Assembly (NCBI RefSeq): GCF_006345805.1
Contig: NW_021835680.1
Location: 1 to 50,712 of the forward strand
Direction: 5' to 3'
Source of the DNA: Octopus sinensis
Taxonomy: Eukaryota
Length of the DNA stretch: 50,712 bases
In this document: one piece after another, positions 1 through 12,035 of the stretch
Position numbering within the stretch: position 1 is the stretch's first letter
How the letters are laid out: each line of letters begins with the position of its first letter
Program-made: the position numbers and the translations under genes
Notes under the pieces: model-generated
The model's input: the letters and a program-made list of their open reading frames with translations, nothing else
Database searches by the model: none
Told to the model about the DNA's origin: nothing

Positions 1-75
1 GGGAATACCGGCAGATTTTGGGACTCCGAGTTGTGTGTGTTTTGAACTTCGATTTACTATTTGGTGGTGTTGATG

Positions 76-528
76 TTATTGTGGGATGCGTGCTTTGGCC
101 TTGGCCGTAGTGCGTCTAGTGCCGGGTAGATGCGTGAAGATGCAGTCACTATTTGTGCAGAGTCTCTGGCGCAGTGAATAGCGACATATTTGGGGATTTC
201 TTGTTTGTGCCGTGGGGGGCGCATTCTGCTTCCTATGTTTCTTTAAGTTTTTGTTACTGCAGTAGTATTGAGGTGGTGATGTGGGGGAAGAGGGCAGTGG
301 TTTCTTATTTGGTTTTCTGTCGGTATTTTTGGTGATAGAAGACGATGGTGGCAGCGGTGGCGATGATGATGATGATGATAATTGTGGTGGTTGCTGTGAG
401 AGCGGTGAAAAGATACTGGCATTTAGTGAATCATCTAGTAAGCTAGAGTTGAGGAGTGGCTGTTGTTGTTCTTGTTGCTGTGGCTGTTGTTGTTGTTGTT
501 GTGCCTGACCGATGTCAGGGTCAGCCAT
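76..528 (-). CDS. Q/S/P-rich ORF with a CCCH zinc finger (C-x8-C-x4-C-x3-H); probably frameshifted, continuing off the left edge
   Basis: CRYSLRQRLCTNSDCIFTH at 186-130. ATG in CACAATGG context at 528. A near-identical finger lead-in TRSPKICRYS lies at 31-2 in another frame. Confidence 0.55.
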   Translation of the reverse strand: MADPDIGQAQQQQQQPQQQEQQQPLLNSSLLDDSLNASIFSPLSQQPPQLSSSSSSPPLPPSSSITKNTDRKPNKKPLPSSPTSPPQYYCSNKNLKKHRKQNAPPTAQTRNPQICRYSLRQRLCTNSDCIFTHLPGTRRTTAKAKARIPQ

Positions 529-595
529 TGTGCTGGGAACCAGGAGTGGCTCATTCTGTTGTTGTTGTTGTTGTGGCTGCTGATTTTCTAGCTGT

Positions 596-637
596 TACAT
601 ATACATATGCATACATATACATATATATATATATATA

Positions 638-688
<51 letters not shown>

Positions 689-1154
689 ACATATATATAT
701 TATATATATATATATATATACATGTGTGCTTGTGTATGAGTGTTTGCAGAGATGCCGAATACAATGTGCTCAGTTCTTGTGGCCACAGCTGCCCCCCCGG
801 TGTACAGTGGTTGAAACACAGAGACATGCTTTGATCAAGACCAAAAGAAAGTGGAGATTGCCTGCTGGCCATACAACCACTTTGTATTTCCCAAAAGAGC
901 AATGCCACGAAGAATTTATCAAATTTCTTGTGATTAACAATAGACAGCTCAAGAAGAGAATGTCCTCCAGCTTAAACAGTATGTAAAACATTTGTGTATG
1001 CAGATACACAAACGTACATATGTGCATGCATTTATGTTAGTATATATAGTTCTCTTTGTAGGTAAATAGAGATGTATGTCTATCTAGAGGTATACATATC
1101 TATGTACTTAAGTATAGATATGTATACATATGTGTGTGTATCTGTATACATGCA

Positions 1155-1201
<47 letters not shown>

Positions 1202-1203
1202 TA

Positions 1204-1240
<37 letters not shown>

Positions 1241-1711
1241 TATATATATACATACACACACAACATGTACATTATATATATGTGTATACATATATGCATG
1301 TACATATACACATACATATATATATGTACACATATATACATGCATATATTTATACATAAATATATGCATACAAACATTTATAAATACATATATTTATACA
1401 TAAATATATACATATATACATTTATACATACATATATATACTTATATACATACATTTATACATACATATATATATATATACATAAATATATCTATACATA
1501 CATATACATACATACACATATTTATACATACACATATATACATACATATATTTATACATACACTTGTATTCATACATAAATCTGTACAGACATATATATG
1601 CATACATATATATATACATATATTTATATATTCATATTTATATACATACATATATATATATATTCATATTTATATACATATATATATATATTTTCATATT
1701 TATATACATAC

Positions 1712-1755
<44 letters not shown>

Positions 1756-1772
1756 ATATATATACACATACA
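596..1772. repeat. (TA)n and TA/CA compound microsatellite blocks (596-722, ~1100-1770)
   Basis: Dinucleotide runs visible directly. Confidence 0.95.
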
Positions 1773-1782
1773 TATAATTATA

Positions 1783-1890
1783 ATGTTGCCATCACTAGTG
1801 ATCACTCCAAACACTATGATGTTGACTGGCTATTTGATTTTTATCACTCTCGGTACATGTCCTCAGATTGACACCCAAACACAGTGAAAG
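1783..1890 (-). mobile_element. Degenerate Tc1/mariner-superfamily (DD37D/maT-like) transposase remnant
   Basis: Minus frame reads [30 protein letters not shown], resembling the VPxVMKTKHPxxxMVFGVxTSDG segment of such transposases; two in-frame stops. Confidence 0.5.
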
Positions 1891-2551
1891 GTTCGTATTG
1901 GAGCTTCTGGCTTGGCTAAGCAGTACAGCATGTTGTTTCCAAATTTCTGGCAGGGTGAACTGCATAATGGTGCTGTTTTTCTCACAGAAAGTGCCCAACT
2001 GACCCTACTATACTGTGTAGTCAATAAAATCAAAAACAATTGGTGCATATGCACAAAACTAAGAAAATAAATTGACAAACCGTTTACTCATTGCACCTTG
2101 TATGTATATATATATATTATATATATATGCACGGAGATATATATAAATATAGATACACAGAGATATATACATATATGGAAATGTGTACGTGTGTACGTGT
2201 GTGTATAAAGGTATAGATTCTGTGATATCTTTGCATGAAGATGCACAAATAAAATGGCAATAATGTCATGCTGAGAATTCTCTGTTAACAAATTGCCAAC
2301 TCAGCACTTTGAGAAAGAAGAGGAAAATGAATCCTGTACATGGAAAATAGTTAAGTTGTTTGTGACAGGGAGAGCAACCAGGTGGAAAATAATGCCAGAA
2401 TAATATGTCTTCATCCAAGGTAGGTTAGCATGGTAAAATGGATGCTAAATAACGATATATAATGCAGGTAAATATATATAGATAAAAGTTTGTATATATA
2501 TATATATATATATTCACATCCACAAATCCACACTGAATGCAAATAAATGTG

Positions 2552-2601
<50 letters not shown>

Positions 2602-2935
2602 ATATATATATATATAATATATATATATATGTGTGTGTAAATACACATAAATATGCATATATACAGTATATATGCATATATATATATAAATCTTTATACA
2701 TATAAACATCCATGAATGAATGAATGTATATGTACGTACTTATATACATACATGCAATATATCTTGGAGGAAGACTGTGTGAAAGATGTGTGCGCTAATT
2801 TGCTTAGAGAGTGGGAGAGATACTCAGAGCCAGCCGCATGGTTTTGATGGCTGGTCATGCGGTTGACCAGAAAGATATATGGGTGGATTAAGAAAAGGAG
2901 AAGGATATTCATGGATTTAATACTCAGATGCTGCT

Positions 2936-2981
2936 GCTTGTAGTAGTAGTAGTGGTGGTGGTCGTGGTGGTGGTGGTGGTG

Positions 2982-3023
<42 letters not shown>

Positions 3024-3032
3024 ATAGTAGTG

Positions 3033-3068
<36 letters not shown>

Positions 3069-3078
3069 AGTAGTAGTA
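2936..3078. repeat. (GTA)n/(GTG)n trinucleotide microsatellite
   Basis: Direct; source of the poly-Val ORF. Confidence 0.95.
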
Positions 3079-3295
3079 TCATTTCTACTATAGGCACAAG
3101 GCCTGGAATTTGTGAGGAGGGGGTAAGTCGATCACATTGACCCCAGTGCTTGACTGGTACTTGTTATATTGACCCCCAAAAGAATGAAATGCACAGTCAA
3201 CCTTGGCAGGATTTGAACTCGGAATATTAAGACAGACAAAACGCTACTAAGCATTTTTTGTCCAGCATGCTAGCAATTCTGCCAGCTTGCCACCT
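3079..3295 (-). mobile_element. tRNA-derived SINE, family A
   Basis: Shares the core ...gaaaggcaaagtcgacctcggc.gaatttgaactc...ctgccagct with about 10 other copies in the window. Confidence 0.85.
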
Positions 3296-3299
3296 TAAT

Positions 3300-3400
3300 T
3301 CTTTTACTTGTTTCAAATCATTTGCAGTGGCCATGCTGGAGCACCACATTTAGTCAAACAAAGTGACCCCAGGACTTATTCTTTGTAAGCCAGCACTTAT
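3300..3400 (-). mobile_element. SINE family B 3' tail fragment
   Basis: ttttacttgtttc...gtggccatgctggagcacc...gaccccaggacttattctttgtaagcc matches the full copy at 21510-21928. Confidence 0.8.
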
Positions 3401-3639
3401 ATTATTTATTTATTTTTGTTTTCATTTTTTGAACTATCACAGACAGAGTGAACCATTCATAAGTTTAAAAACATCACAAAAGAACTATGCTCAGAGATAA
3501 ATCTATCAACAAAAAAACATACAGACGAATACAGAACTGCTAGCCTTAAGAAGCTACATTACAATCAATGTTTACATGCTGAGAACTCGGTGACAGTGTT
3601 GTCTCAAGGAATTGACCCTAAACAGACAGATTCGTCCCC

Positions 3640-5390
3640 TAATGTCAACGTCGAAGCTTGTCATGCCTCACTGCTAACAAAACAAATTACAAACCAGAAT
3701 GGTCATCGATAGGATTACAAAAGACCACATACTCAAATGTTGAACCAGATTCAAGGCAAAAAGTCAGCTACTGGTTCAAATCTTTCCGACACACAGGAGC
3801 TGGAAGTACCCCACAAGTGGAATATTCCAACAGATGGCCATCCATGCTTGTCATCAAATAACCAAAAGAAAAAGACTGAAAAATGGTCTAGGGAAGATAA
3901 TAAAGAAGTTCTTACAGCCTTCTACCATGCCATATATTTCCCCACATATATATAACTGGAATGGTTATCGACCAGATTATAAAGGACCACGTACTTGAAT
4001 GTTGAACCAGATTCAAGGCAAAAAATCAGCTACTGGTTCAAATCTTTCTGACACACGGGAGCTGGAAGTACCCCACAACTGGAATATTCCAACAGATGGC
4101 CATCCATGCTTGTCATCAAATAACCAAAAGAAAAAGACTGAAAAATGGTCTAGGGAAGATAATAAAGAAGTTCTTACAGCCTTCTACCATGCCATATATT
4201 TCCCCACATATATATAACTGAATGGTTATCGACCAGATTATAAAGGACCACGTACTTGAATGTTGAACCAGATTCAAGGCAAAAAATCAGCTACTGGTTC
4301 AAATCTTTCCGACACACAGGAGCTGGAAGTACCCCACAAGTGGAATATTCCAACAGATGGCCATCCATGCTTGTCATCAAATAACCAAAAGAAAAAGACT
4401 GAAAAATGGTCTAGGGAAGATAATGAAGAAGTTCTTACGGCCTTCTACCATGCCATATATTTCCCCACATATATATAACCGGAATGGTTATCAACCAAAT
4501 TATAAAGGACCACGTACTTGAATGTTGAACCGGATTCGAGGCAAAAAATCAGCTACTGGTTCAAATCTTTCTGATACAGGGGATTGGAAGTACCTCACAA
4601 CTGGAATATTCCAACGGATGGCCATCCATGCTTGTCATCAAATAACCAAAAGAAAAAGAATGAAAAATGGTCTAGGGAAGATAGTAAAGAAGTTCATACA
4701 GCCTTCTACCATGCCGTATATTTCCCCACAGATAAATCTAATACTGTACAAACCTACATAAACTGGAGACAGAAACACCCTGACGTAAGATCCTACATAG
4801 ACAGTAACAAACTTGCCAACATCAGAAGAAACATTATGAAAAACAAATTACTAACCGAAGTAGAGATTGACCAAATTAAACAAGCAGTAAGGGATAAAAA
4901 GAACGAAGCTGCAGCTAAAGAAGATACTACAGAGGAAATAATTATAGACCAGCCCAGGGCTGATGAAAACGTTGTAATGATTGAAAGAGTTAATGTAATT
5001 GATAGGCAAAGTGGAATACTCTCTGAAGCAACCATAAACACTAAGACAGATGAAAATCAAATAGATGAAGAAAGTCACACAGAAATTGACCCAACAGAAC
5101 TACAGGATCTAAAAAATCAAATTATGATTGAATGGCTGAAAGTTAAAGAAACCAGTTTGAATGAATGCGGTACTCTCACAAAAATTCACAACTCTAACCA
5201 AAACCTGAAAAATAATTGGTAAAATCTACCTTGCACTTAAGGATATAATTTCAGCTAATGAAGTTGAGATCACAGATCTCAACCACCTGTACTATGCCTC
5301 TGCGAAAATCTCAATGATATTATGTGGTGAAAAGATTAGAAAGCGACAATATTACCACAAAAAGCCTTCTTGACAAGAGCGTATTCAAGA
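3640..5390 (+). mobile_element. 5' portion of an R4/Dong-clade non-LTR retrotransposon ORF (pseudogenised, 3'-truncated)
   Basis: ORF 4584-5222: KWSRED.KEV..AFYH...YINWRQKHPD...NKLANIRRNIMKNKLLTEVEIDQIK. After a frameshift: ITDLNHLYYASA...KKPS*(W)QERIQ. Both are typical of the N-terminal region of R4/Dong ORFs. No RT domain is present. Confidence 0.75.
3692..4730 (+). repeat. Four tandem ~262-bp copies of the LINE 5' ORF segment (starts 3692, 3954, 4216, 4477)
   Basis: Repeated MLNQIQGKKSATGSNLSD...FYHAIYFPT ORFs; nucleotide alignment by eye. Confidence 0.95.
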
Positions 5391-5770
5391 GGGGACAAAC
5401 AAGGACAGACAAAGGGATTAAGTTGATTACATCGACCCCAGTGCGAAACTGGTACTTTATTTATCGACCCCAAAAGGATGAAAGGCAAAGTCGACCTCGG
5501 CAGAATTTGAACTCAGAACGTAACGACAGACGAAATACCTATTTCTTTACTACCCACAAGGGGCTAAACATATAGTGGACAAACAAGGACAGACAAAGGG
5601 ATTAAGTCGATTACATCAACCCCAGTGCGAAACTGGTACTTTATTTATCAACCTTGAAAGGATGAAAGGCAAAGTCGACCTCGGCGGAATTTGAACCCAG
5701 AACGTAATGACAGACGAAATACCGCTAAGCATTTCGCCCGGTGTGCTAACGTTTCTGCCAGCTCTCCGCC
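5391..5770 (-). mobile_element. SINE family A tandem dimer (184-bp repeat; one full copy plus one headless copy)
   Basis: ggacaaacaaggacagacaaagggattaag at 5393 and 5577; head ...ctgccagctctccgcc at ~5770. Confidence 0.9.
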
Positions 5771-5789
5771 TTCTATAATAGAGGCTATA

Positions 5790-5890
5790 ATAGAAGATAC
5801 TCACTGAAGCCGCTGCCATGCAGTGGGACTGAACCTGGAACCATATGGTTGGAAAGCAAGCTTCTTACCACACAGCCATGCTTGCACATC
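5790..5890 (-). mobile_element. SINE family B head fragment
   Basis: tagaagatac...gcagtgggactgaacctggaaccatatggttggaaagcaagcttcttaccacacagcca. Confidence 0.8.
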
Positions 5891-6204
5891 ATGTGTGTGT
5901 GTGTGTGTGTGTATGTGTGTTGTTTAATAGATTAAGTCTTAGCCCGTTGGTTGGTTGGTTGGTTGGGGGTGAGCTGAACTGAATCAACAAGCATCTTCAC
6001 CCCCCACTCCGCCAACAGTGCAACATCCCACCATCATCACCTCTTCACATTCCTGTGCTCATCTCAATGGATGGAACCATTATCCTCCTTAAATGCCATT
6101 ATCTTAAACAATACCATTTCTAAAGAATTCGCGGAGAGAAAAACCAACCAAATCCAATATCTGTCACTGTTGTTTTGCGTGTTGTTTTGTTGTTAACGAG
6201 GATG

Positions 6205-8395
6205 TTTATGATGGTGGTGGTGGTGGTGGTGGTGGGGTGGTGGAGGAGGAGGAGATGAAGAAAAAGAAGAGAGAGAAGTAAGAAAGAAAGAAAGAAAGAA
6301 AGAAAGGAGCAATAGAGATTTGGAAAGAAAAAGTATGATCAACAAAGCCAAATGGACTGAGAGAGGGTAATGTAGATGGTGATGATGATGGTGGGGGGGT
6401 AATGGTGGAGGGGGTAATGGTGGTGGTGGTGGTTGGTGGTGATGGTGGTTGTGGTGGTGGTGGTGGTGGTGGTGATGGTGGTTGTGGTGGTGGTGGTGGT
6501 GGCGGTGATGGTAGTGGTGGTGGTGGTGGTGGGGAGGTGGTGGTGCTGGTGATGGTGGTGGTGATGGTGGTGGTGGTGGTGGTGGTGGTGGTGGAGGTGG
6601 TGGTGGTGTGGTGGTGGTGGTAATGGTGGTGGTTATGGTGGTGGTGGTGGTGGTGGTGGTGGTTGTGGTGGTGGTGGTGGTGATGGTAGTCGTGGTGGTG
6701 GTGGTGGGGTGTGGTGTGGTGGTGGTGGTGGTGGTTATGGTGGTGGTGGTGGTTGGTGGAGTTATGGTGTGGTGGTGGTGATGGTAGTGGTGGTGGGTTG
6801 GTGGTGGTGGAGGTGGTGGTGGTGGTGGTGGTGGTGGTGATGGTGGTGGTTATGGTGTGGTGGTGGTGGTGGTGGTGGTGGTGGTGGTGGTGATGGTGGT
6901 GGTGGTGGTGGTGGTGGTGATGGTGGTGGTGGTGGTGATGGTAGTGGTGGTGGTGGTGGTGGTGGTGGAGGTGGTGATGGCGGTGGTGATGGTGGGTGGT
7001 GACAATGATGATGATAATGGGATGGATGTGGAGACTGATGGTGGTGAAGACAGTGATGATGATGACGGTGATGATAAGATGATGGTGGTGGTGGTGGTGA
7101 TAAAGATGACGATGATGATGATGATGGTGGTGGAAGTAGTGATTATGATGATGATGATGATGATGATGCTGTTGACGAGAATGACAATGATAACAGCCAT
7201 GGTTAATGATGAGAGGATACTCAGCAGAGGCAGGAAATTAGTGGTGATGGATGGATGGAGAGAAGGCAGTGATGGCGGTGATGACGGTTGTCATCGTCAT
7301 CGCAGTACTTCGTGATGACGATGGGTGGAGGGTGGGGGGGTTTCTACGCAATGTAGCGGCAATCATGAACATAAACGTTGAGTACAAAAACGGTGGTGAT
7401 GGTGGTAGTGGTGGAGGAGGTGGTGGTGGTGGTGATGGTGTGGTGGTGGGGTGGTGGTGGTGGTAATGGTGGTGTGGTGGTAATGGTGGTGGTGTGGTGG
7501 TGGTGATGATGGTGGTGGTGGTGATGGTGGTGGTGGTATGGTGGTGGGTTGGTGGTGGTTGGTGATGGTGGTGGTGGTAATGGTGGTGGTGGTGGGGTGG
7601 TGGTGTGGTGGTGGTGGTGGTGGTGGTGGTGATGGTGGTGGTGGTGGTGGTGGTGGTGGTAATGGGGTGGTGGTGGTAATGGTGGGGGGGTGGTGGTGGT
7701 GGTGATGATGGTGGTGGTGGTGATGGTGGTGGTGGTAATGGTGGTGGGGGGGTGGTGGTGGGGTGGTGGTGGGGTGGTGGTGTGGTGGTGATGATGGTGG
7801 TGGTGGTGATGGTGTGGTGGTAATGGTGGTGGGTGGTGGTGGTGTTGATGGTGGTGGTGGTGGTGGTAATGGTGGGGGTGTGGTGGTGGTGATGATGGTG
7901 GTGGTGGTGGTGATGATGTGGTGGTGGTGGTAATGGTGGTGGTGGTGGAATGGTGGTGGGTGGTGGTGGTGGTGATGATGGTGGTGGTGGTGATGGTGGT
8001 GGTGGTATGGTTGGTGGTGGTGGTAATGGTGGTGGTGGTGGTGGTGTGGTGATGGTGGTGGTGGTAATGGTGGTGGTGGTGGTAATGGTGGTGGGTGGTG
8101 GTGGTGGTGGTGGTGGGTGGTGGTAGTGGTGGAGGAGGTAGTGGTGGGGGGTTGTGATGGTGGGGTGGTTGTGATGGTGGGGTGGTAATGGTGGTAGGAG
8201 TTGTGATGGTGGTTGTGGTGGTAATGGTGGGGGATTGTGGTGGTGGTGGGAGTTGTGGTGATGGTGGTGGTGGTGGGGTTGTGGTTGTGGTGGTGGTGCT
8301 TCTCTTAGTGGTGGTGGTAGTGGTGGTGCAGCTGCTGCTGCTGTTCCCAGTGTTGTTGTTGTTGGTGGTGGTGGTGTTGGTAGTGGTATCAAACA
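6205..8395. repeat. ~2.2-kb (GGT)n/(GAT)n low-complexity tract
   Basis: Direct; interrupted by a ~200-bp more complex island at 7200-7400. Confidence 0.95.
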
Positions 8396-8782
8396 TGGTG
8401 CTAAAGTAATTAAATGTTGAATTTAATCTTTGTATGTTTTTGCAAGAGATATTTATAAGATGTTTGTGGGGTGGTGGCCACGGAAAGATGCAGAACAGAG
8501 AGAGGCAGGAAACAGAGAAAGAAGAAGAGAGAGAGAGAGAGATGGGGAGAAAGCGAGAGACAAAGAGAAAAGAGAAAAGGTGTGGGATTATTACATCACA
8601 TGATGGAAGTCAAACACCACAAGGGGGTGGTGGGGTGGAATTGGGGTGAGTAGAGAAGGAGGTGGGGACAGTGGTATTTGTAAACCCATTGATCTTGCAT
8701 GTTGGACAAGCATTTAAAAGTACATCGTTAATCTAATAAGATGGGGAGGAATTATGGACACAGGTGAGATTACCAATTCAAT

Positions 8783-8813
<31 letters not shown>

Positions 8814-8814
8814 C

Positions 8815-9103
8815 ACCGTGACCGACCAGGTTATCAGATGTTGCTACACATCGCTGGTCACAATGCACTTCACATTGTTTTAGCCTTCAAATGACACCAC
8901 CCCGCTGGCTAAGCGAGTGGGCCAACAGAAGAAAGAGTGAGAGAAAGTTGTGGCGAAAGAGTACAGCAGGGATCGCCACCATCCCCTGCAGGAGCCTCGT
9001 GAAGCTTTAGGTGTTTTCGGTCAATAAACACTCACAAGCCCGGTCTGAGAATCGAAACCGTGATCCTACGACCGCGAGTCCGCTGCCAAAACCACTGGAC
9101 CAT
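8815..9103 (-). mobile_element. tRNA-derived SINE family D, near full length
   Basis: Reverse complement has a tRNA-like head (tggtccagtgg...ggtttcgattctc) and the body aaaacacctaaagcttcacgaggctc shared with 30951 and 48878. Confidence 0.85.
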
Positions 9104-9257
9104 TATGCTTCCACATATATATATATGGAAAGCATGGAAAGCGGACGCTAAACCATGATGATGATGATTTTGACAATCTTTTTCTAAAAAAGTGAAACCA
9201 GTCAAGTGAATAAACATCTTTTAAAATTGCATTTTCAAACCTTCTTTCATATATATA

Positions 9258-9745
9258 TCATCATCGTTTAACATCCGCTTTCCATGCTAGCACGGGTTGG
9301 ACGATTTGACTGGGGTCTGACAAACCAGATGGCGGCACAAGGCTCTAATCTTGATCAGGCAGAGTTTCTACAGCTGGATGCCCTTCCTAACACCAACCAC
9401 TGTAGTGGTGCTTTTACGTGCCACCGGCACGAGGGCCAGTCAGGCGCTACTGGCAACGACCTCGCTCAAATGGTGCTTTTTATGTGCCACCTGCACTGGA
9501 GCCAGTCCAGCAACACTGGCAACGACCTTGCTCAAATGTTTTTTCCACGTGCCTCCAGCACAAGTGCCAGTAAGGCGACACAGGTAACGAACATGCTCGA
9601 ATGGTGCTTTTTACGTGCCACTGGCACGGAAGCCAGTTTCTTGCTCTGGCAATGATCACACTCGGATGGTACTCTTAGCGCTCTACTAGCATGGATGCCA
9701 GTCATCAAATTTGATTTCTATTTCACTTGCCTCAACAGGTTTTCG
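9258..9745 (-). mobile_element. Element with RTE-type 3' tail (gcatggaaagcgga.gttaaacgatgatga; ggaagggcatccagctgtag) and internal ~65-bp repeats
   Basis: Tail motifs recur at 9127-9170(+), 13300-13420(+), 29225-29445(+), 31340-31460(-), 33920-34035(+), 44200-44375(+). Confidence 0.7.
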
Positions 9746-10129
9746 CAAGCAGAGTTGTGTGTGTATGTATGTATGTATGTATGTATGTTTACACACACAC
9801 ACAAGTTGTTTGTGATGGTTGAAACACTTTCACTGCTTTCACATTTCGGCTGAAAAAAATTTGCTTTTAACCTCTGGAACCTAACTGTAGTTAAAGAAAG
9901 GTAAAAGAAGCAAGAGAAGAGTGATTCCAAAGATCCAGTCTTCAGTGACACAAAAGTCTAAGAACAAGTAAAATAAATGTGAAGTGGTCACAGAATTTAT
10001 CTTCTGCTAACTGCAAGAGAAGCAATTATGAAAATATGAGAATATCACTTTGGAAAAGGCAACGGATATCACTAGTGTTTCTGTCAGTTAAACACAAATT
10101 CACACACTATGGCAAAAACATAAACACAT

Positions 10130-10195
10130 AGGTATATATATATATATATACACACACAAACACATACATATACAGACATATATATAAATATACAA

Positions 10196-10234
<39 letters not shown>

Positions 10235-10347
10235 GGCACATATATATATATATATATATATATACTATATATACATATACACACATATATATACATATAC
10301 AAACACACACATATATATAAATATAAACATATATATATACACATAGG

Positions 10348-10399
<52 letters not shown>

Positions 10400-10453
10400 T
10401 ATATATACATATACAAACACACACATATACACATATATATATATACACATAGG

Positions 10454-10495
<42 letters not shown>

Positions 10496-11050
10496 TACAT
10501 ATACACACATATATATACATATACAAACACACACATATACACACATATATATATATATACACATACACATATATATATATATTTACATATACACAAATGA
10601 ACATGCTCTCTCACACACACACACATATACATACATCTACACATACACACATGGACTCGTTCGTAACATTTTGAATAGAATGTCAAATCACCTGAGAGAT
10701 GACAGTGAAGAATATATATGGGATTCTTATATTCTCAGATTCTGTAGAATGACATAAAGACGAGCAATACCCTGAAGATGATATTAGGAAATGGAATTAT
10801 TATTGGATACTTGTGATCAATTACTTATACGTGCGCACACATACACGTCTATATTTGTGGGCATTGTTTGTGTAGATATATATATATATAAATATATATT
10901 TATTTATGTATATATATTTATTTATGTATATTTATATTTATTTCCTTATATTTATATTTATTTATATATTACATGGATATATATACGTATATTTATTTAT
11001 TTATATATATATATATGTGTTTATATATATATAATATATATATTATATAT

Positions 11051-11082
<32 letters not shown>

Positions 11083-11225
11083 ATATATATATATATATAT
11101 ACATATATATATACACACATATATATATATACACACACACAAACGTATATAAGTACAAATATGTACAAATAAATACATGCATATATCCAGATGTGTGCGT
11201 GTGTGTGTGTGTTTATACATACACA
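10130..11225. repeat. TA/CA compound microsatellite blocks
   Basis: Direct. Confidence 0.9.
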
Positions 11226-11451
11226 CACATAAAAGACTTTTTACAGTTTCCATCTACCAATCCACTAATAAGGCTTTGGTCAACCTAAAGCTACAATGGA
11301 AGTCACTTGCTCAAAGTGTCATAGAGAGGGACTAAGATGCTCACCCGCAATGGATCCTCAGGGACCGGTTTATTGTATTAAGTTACAGATAAATATGTCG
11401 TTAACACACACACATTATATATATACATATATATATACACACATATATATA

Positions 11452-11502
<51 letters not shown>

Positions 11503-11505
<3 letters not shown>

Positions 11506-11705
11506 TAATCCAAACGTGAAAGCACAAAAAAATACAACGCGAGGACGTGGATAAATATAGTATTATTGGACGCTCAGAAAAGAAGGAAAGCAGGAGGGTA
11601 TAACATTTCGAGCGAAGCTCTTCGTCAGAAACATAGGAGAAGGAGAGATCCAGAGAAGGGAAGACAGAGGAAAAAAAATCGACAGCGAAAAGAGAGAAAT
11701 ATAGC
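11503..11705 (-). mobile_element. Penelope-like terminal-repeat remnant
   Basis: Contains CTGACGAAGAGCTTCGCTCGAAA on the minus strand, the hammerhead-bearing motif typical of Penelope-like element termini. Confidence 0.55.
11598..11632 (-). ncRNA. Degenerate minimal type I hammerhead ribozyme
   Basis: gttt-CTGACGA-a-GAGC(ttc)GCTC-GAAA-tgt-t-atac: intact core and stem II; stems I and III each carry one disrupting substitution. Confidence 0.55.
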
Positions 11706-11982
11706 AGTTTTGGTAGTGTGCAGAATAGTATATTAATAATAATAATAATAATAATAGAAATGTCATAATTTCTAAATCTTTCTAAAGGAGAGATACAGCA
11801 GCAGTACTGGGTATTAATATTTATTGCCAAACTAACGTGGCAGTCCTGAAAAATAGGACGAATACAGTTGTCAATTAGTTCTGAGTGGCAATCACCTCTA
11901 GCTAGCTATATGATGCATAAACCTGCATCCATAAACCTTTGAAAAGGGGAGGTCATCGACTTCCCTTCACTGGCTTAGCAAA

Positions 11983-12035
<53 letters not shown>

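Noticed and set aside
740-990. Complex sequence with open frames on both strands (ORFs 456-986 + and 588-908 -)
   Set aside because: No recognisable domain, and no convincing splice pair or strand choice.
588-2912. Many YI/CV/HT-rich ORFs here and throughout the window
   Set aside because: Translations of (TA)n, (TG)n and (CA)n microsatellites, which lack stop codons in some frames.
6402-8409. Poly-V/G/W/H/T/P ORFs
   Set aside because: Products of the (GGT)n tract; frames switch arbitrarily.
10651-10691. Minus-strand micro-exon candidate ([14 protein letters not shown])
   Set aside because: Good acceptor, but the donor lies within a (GT) repeat and the segment is too short to support.
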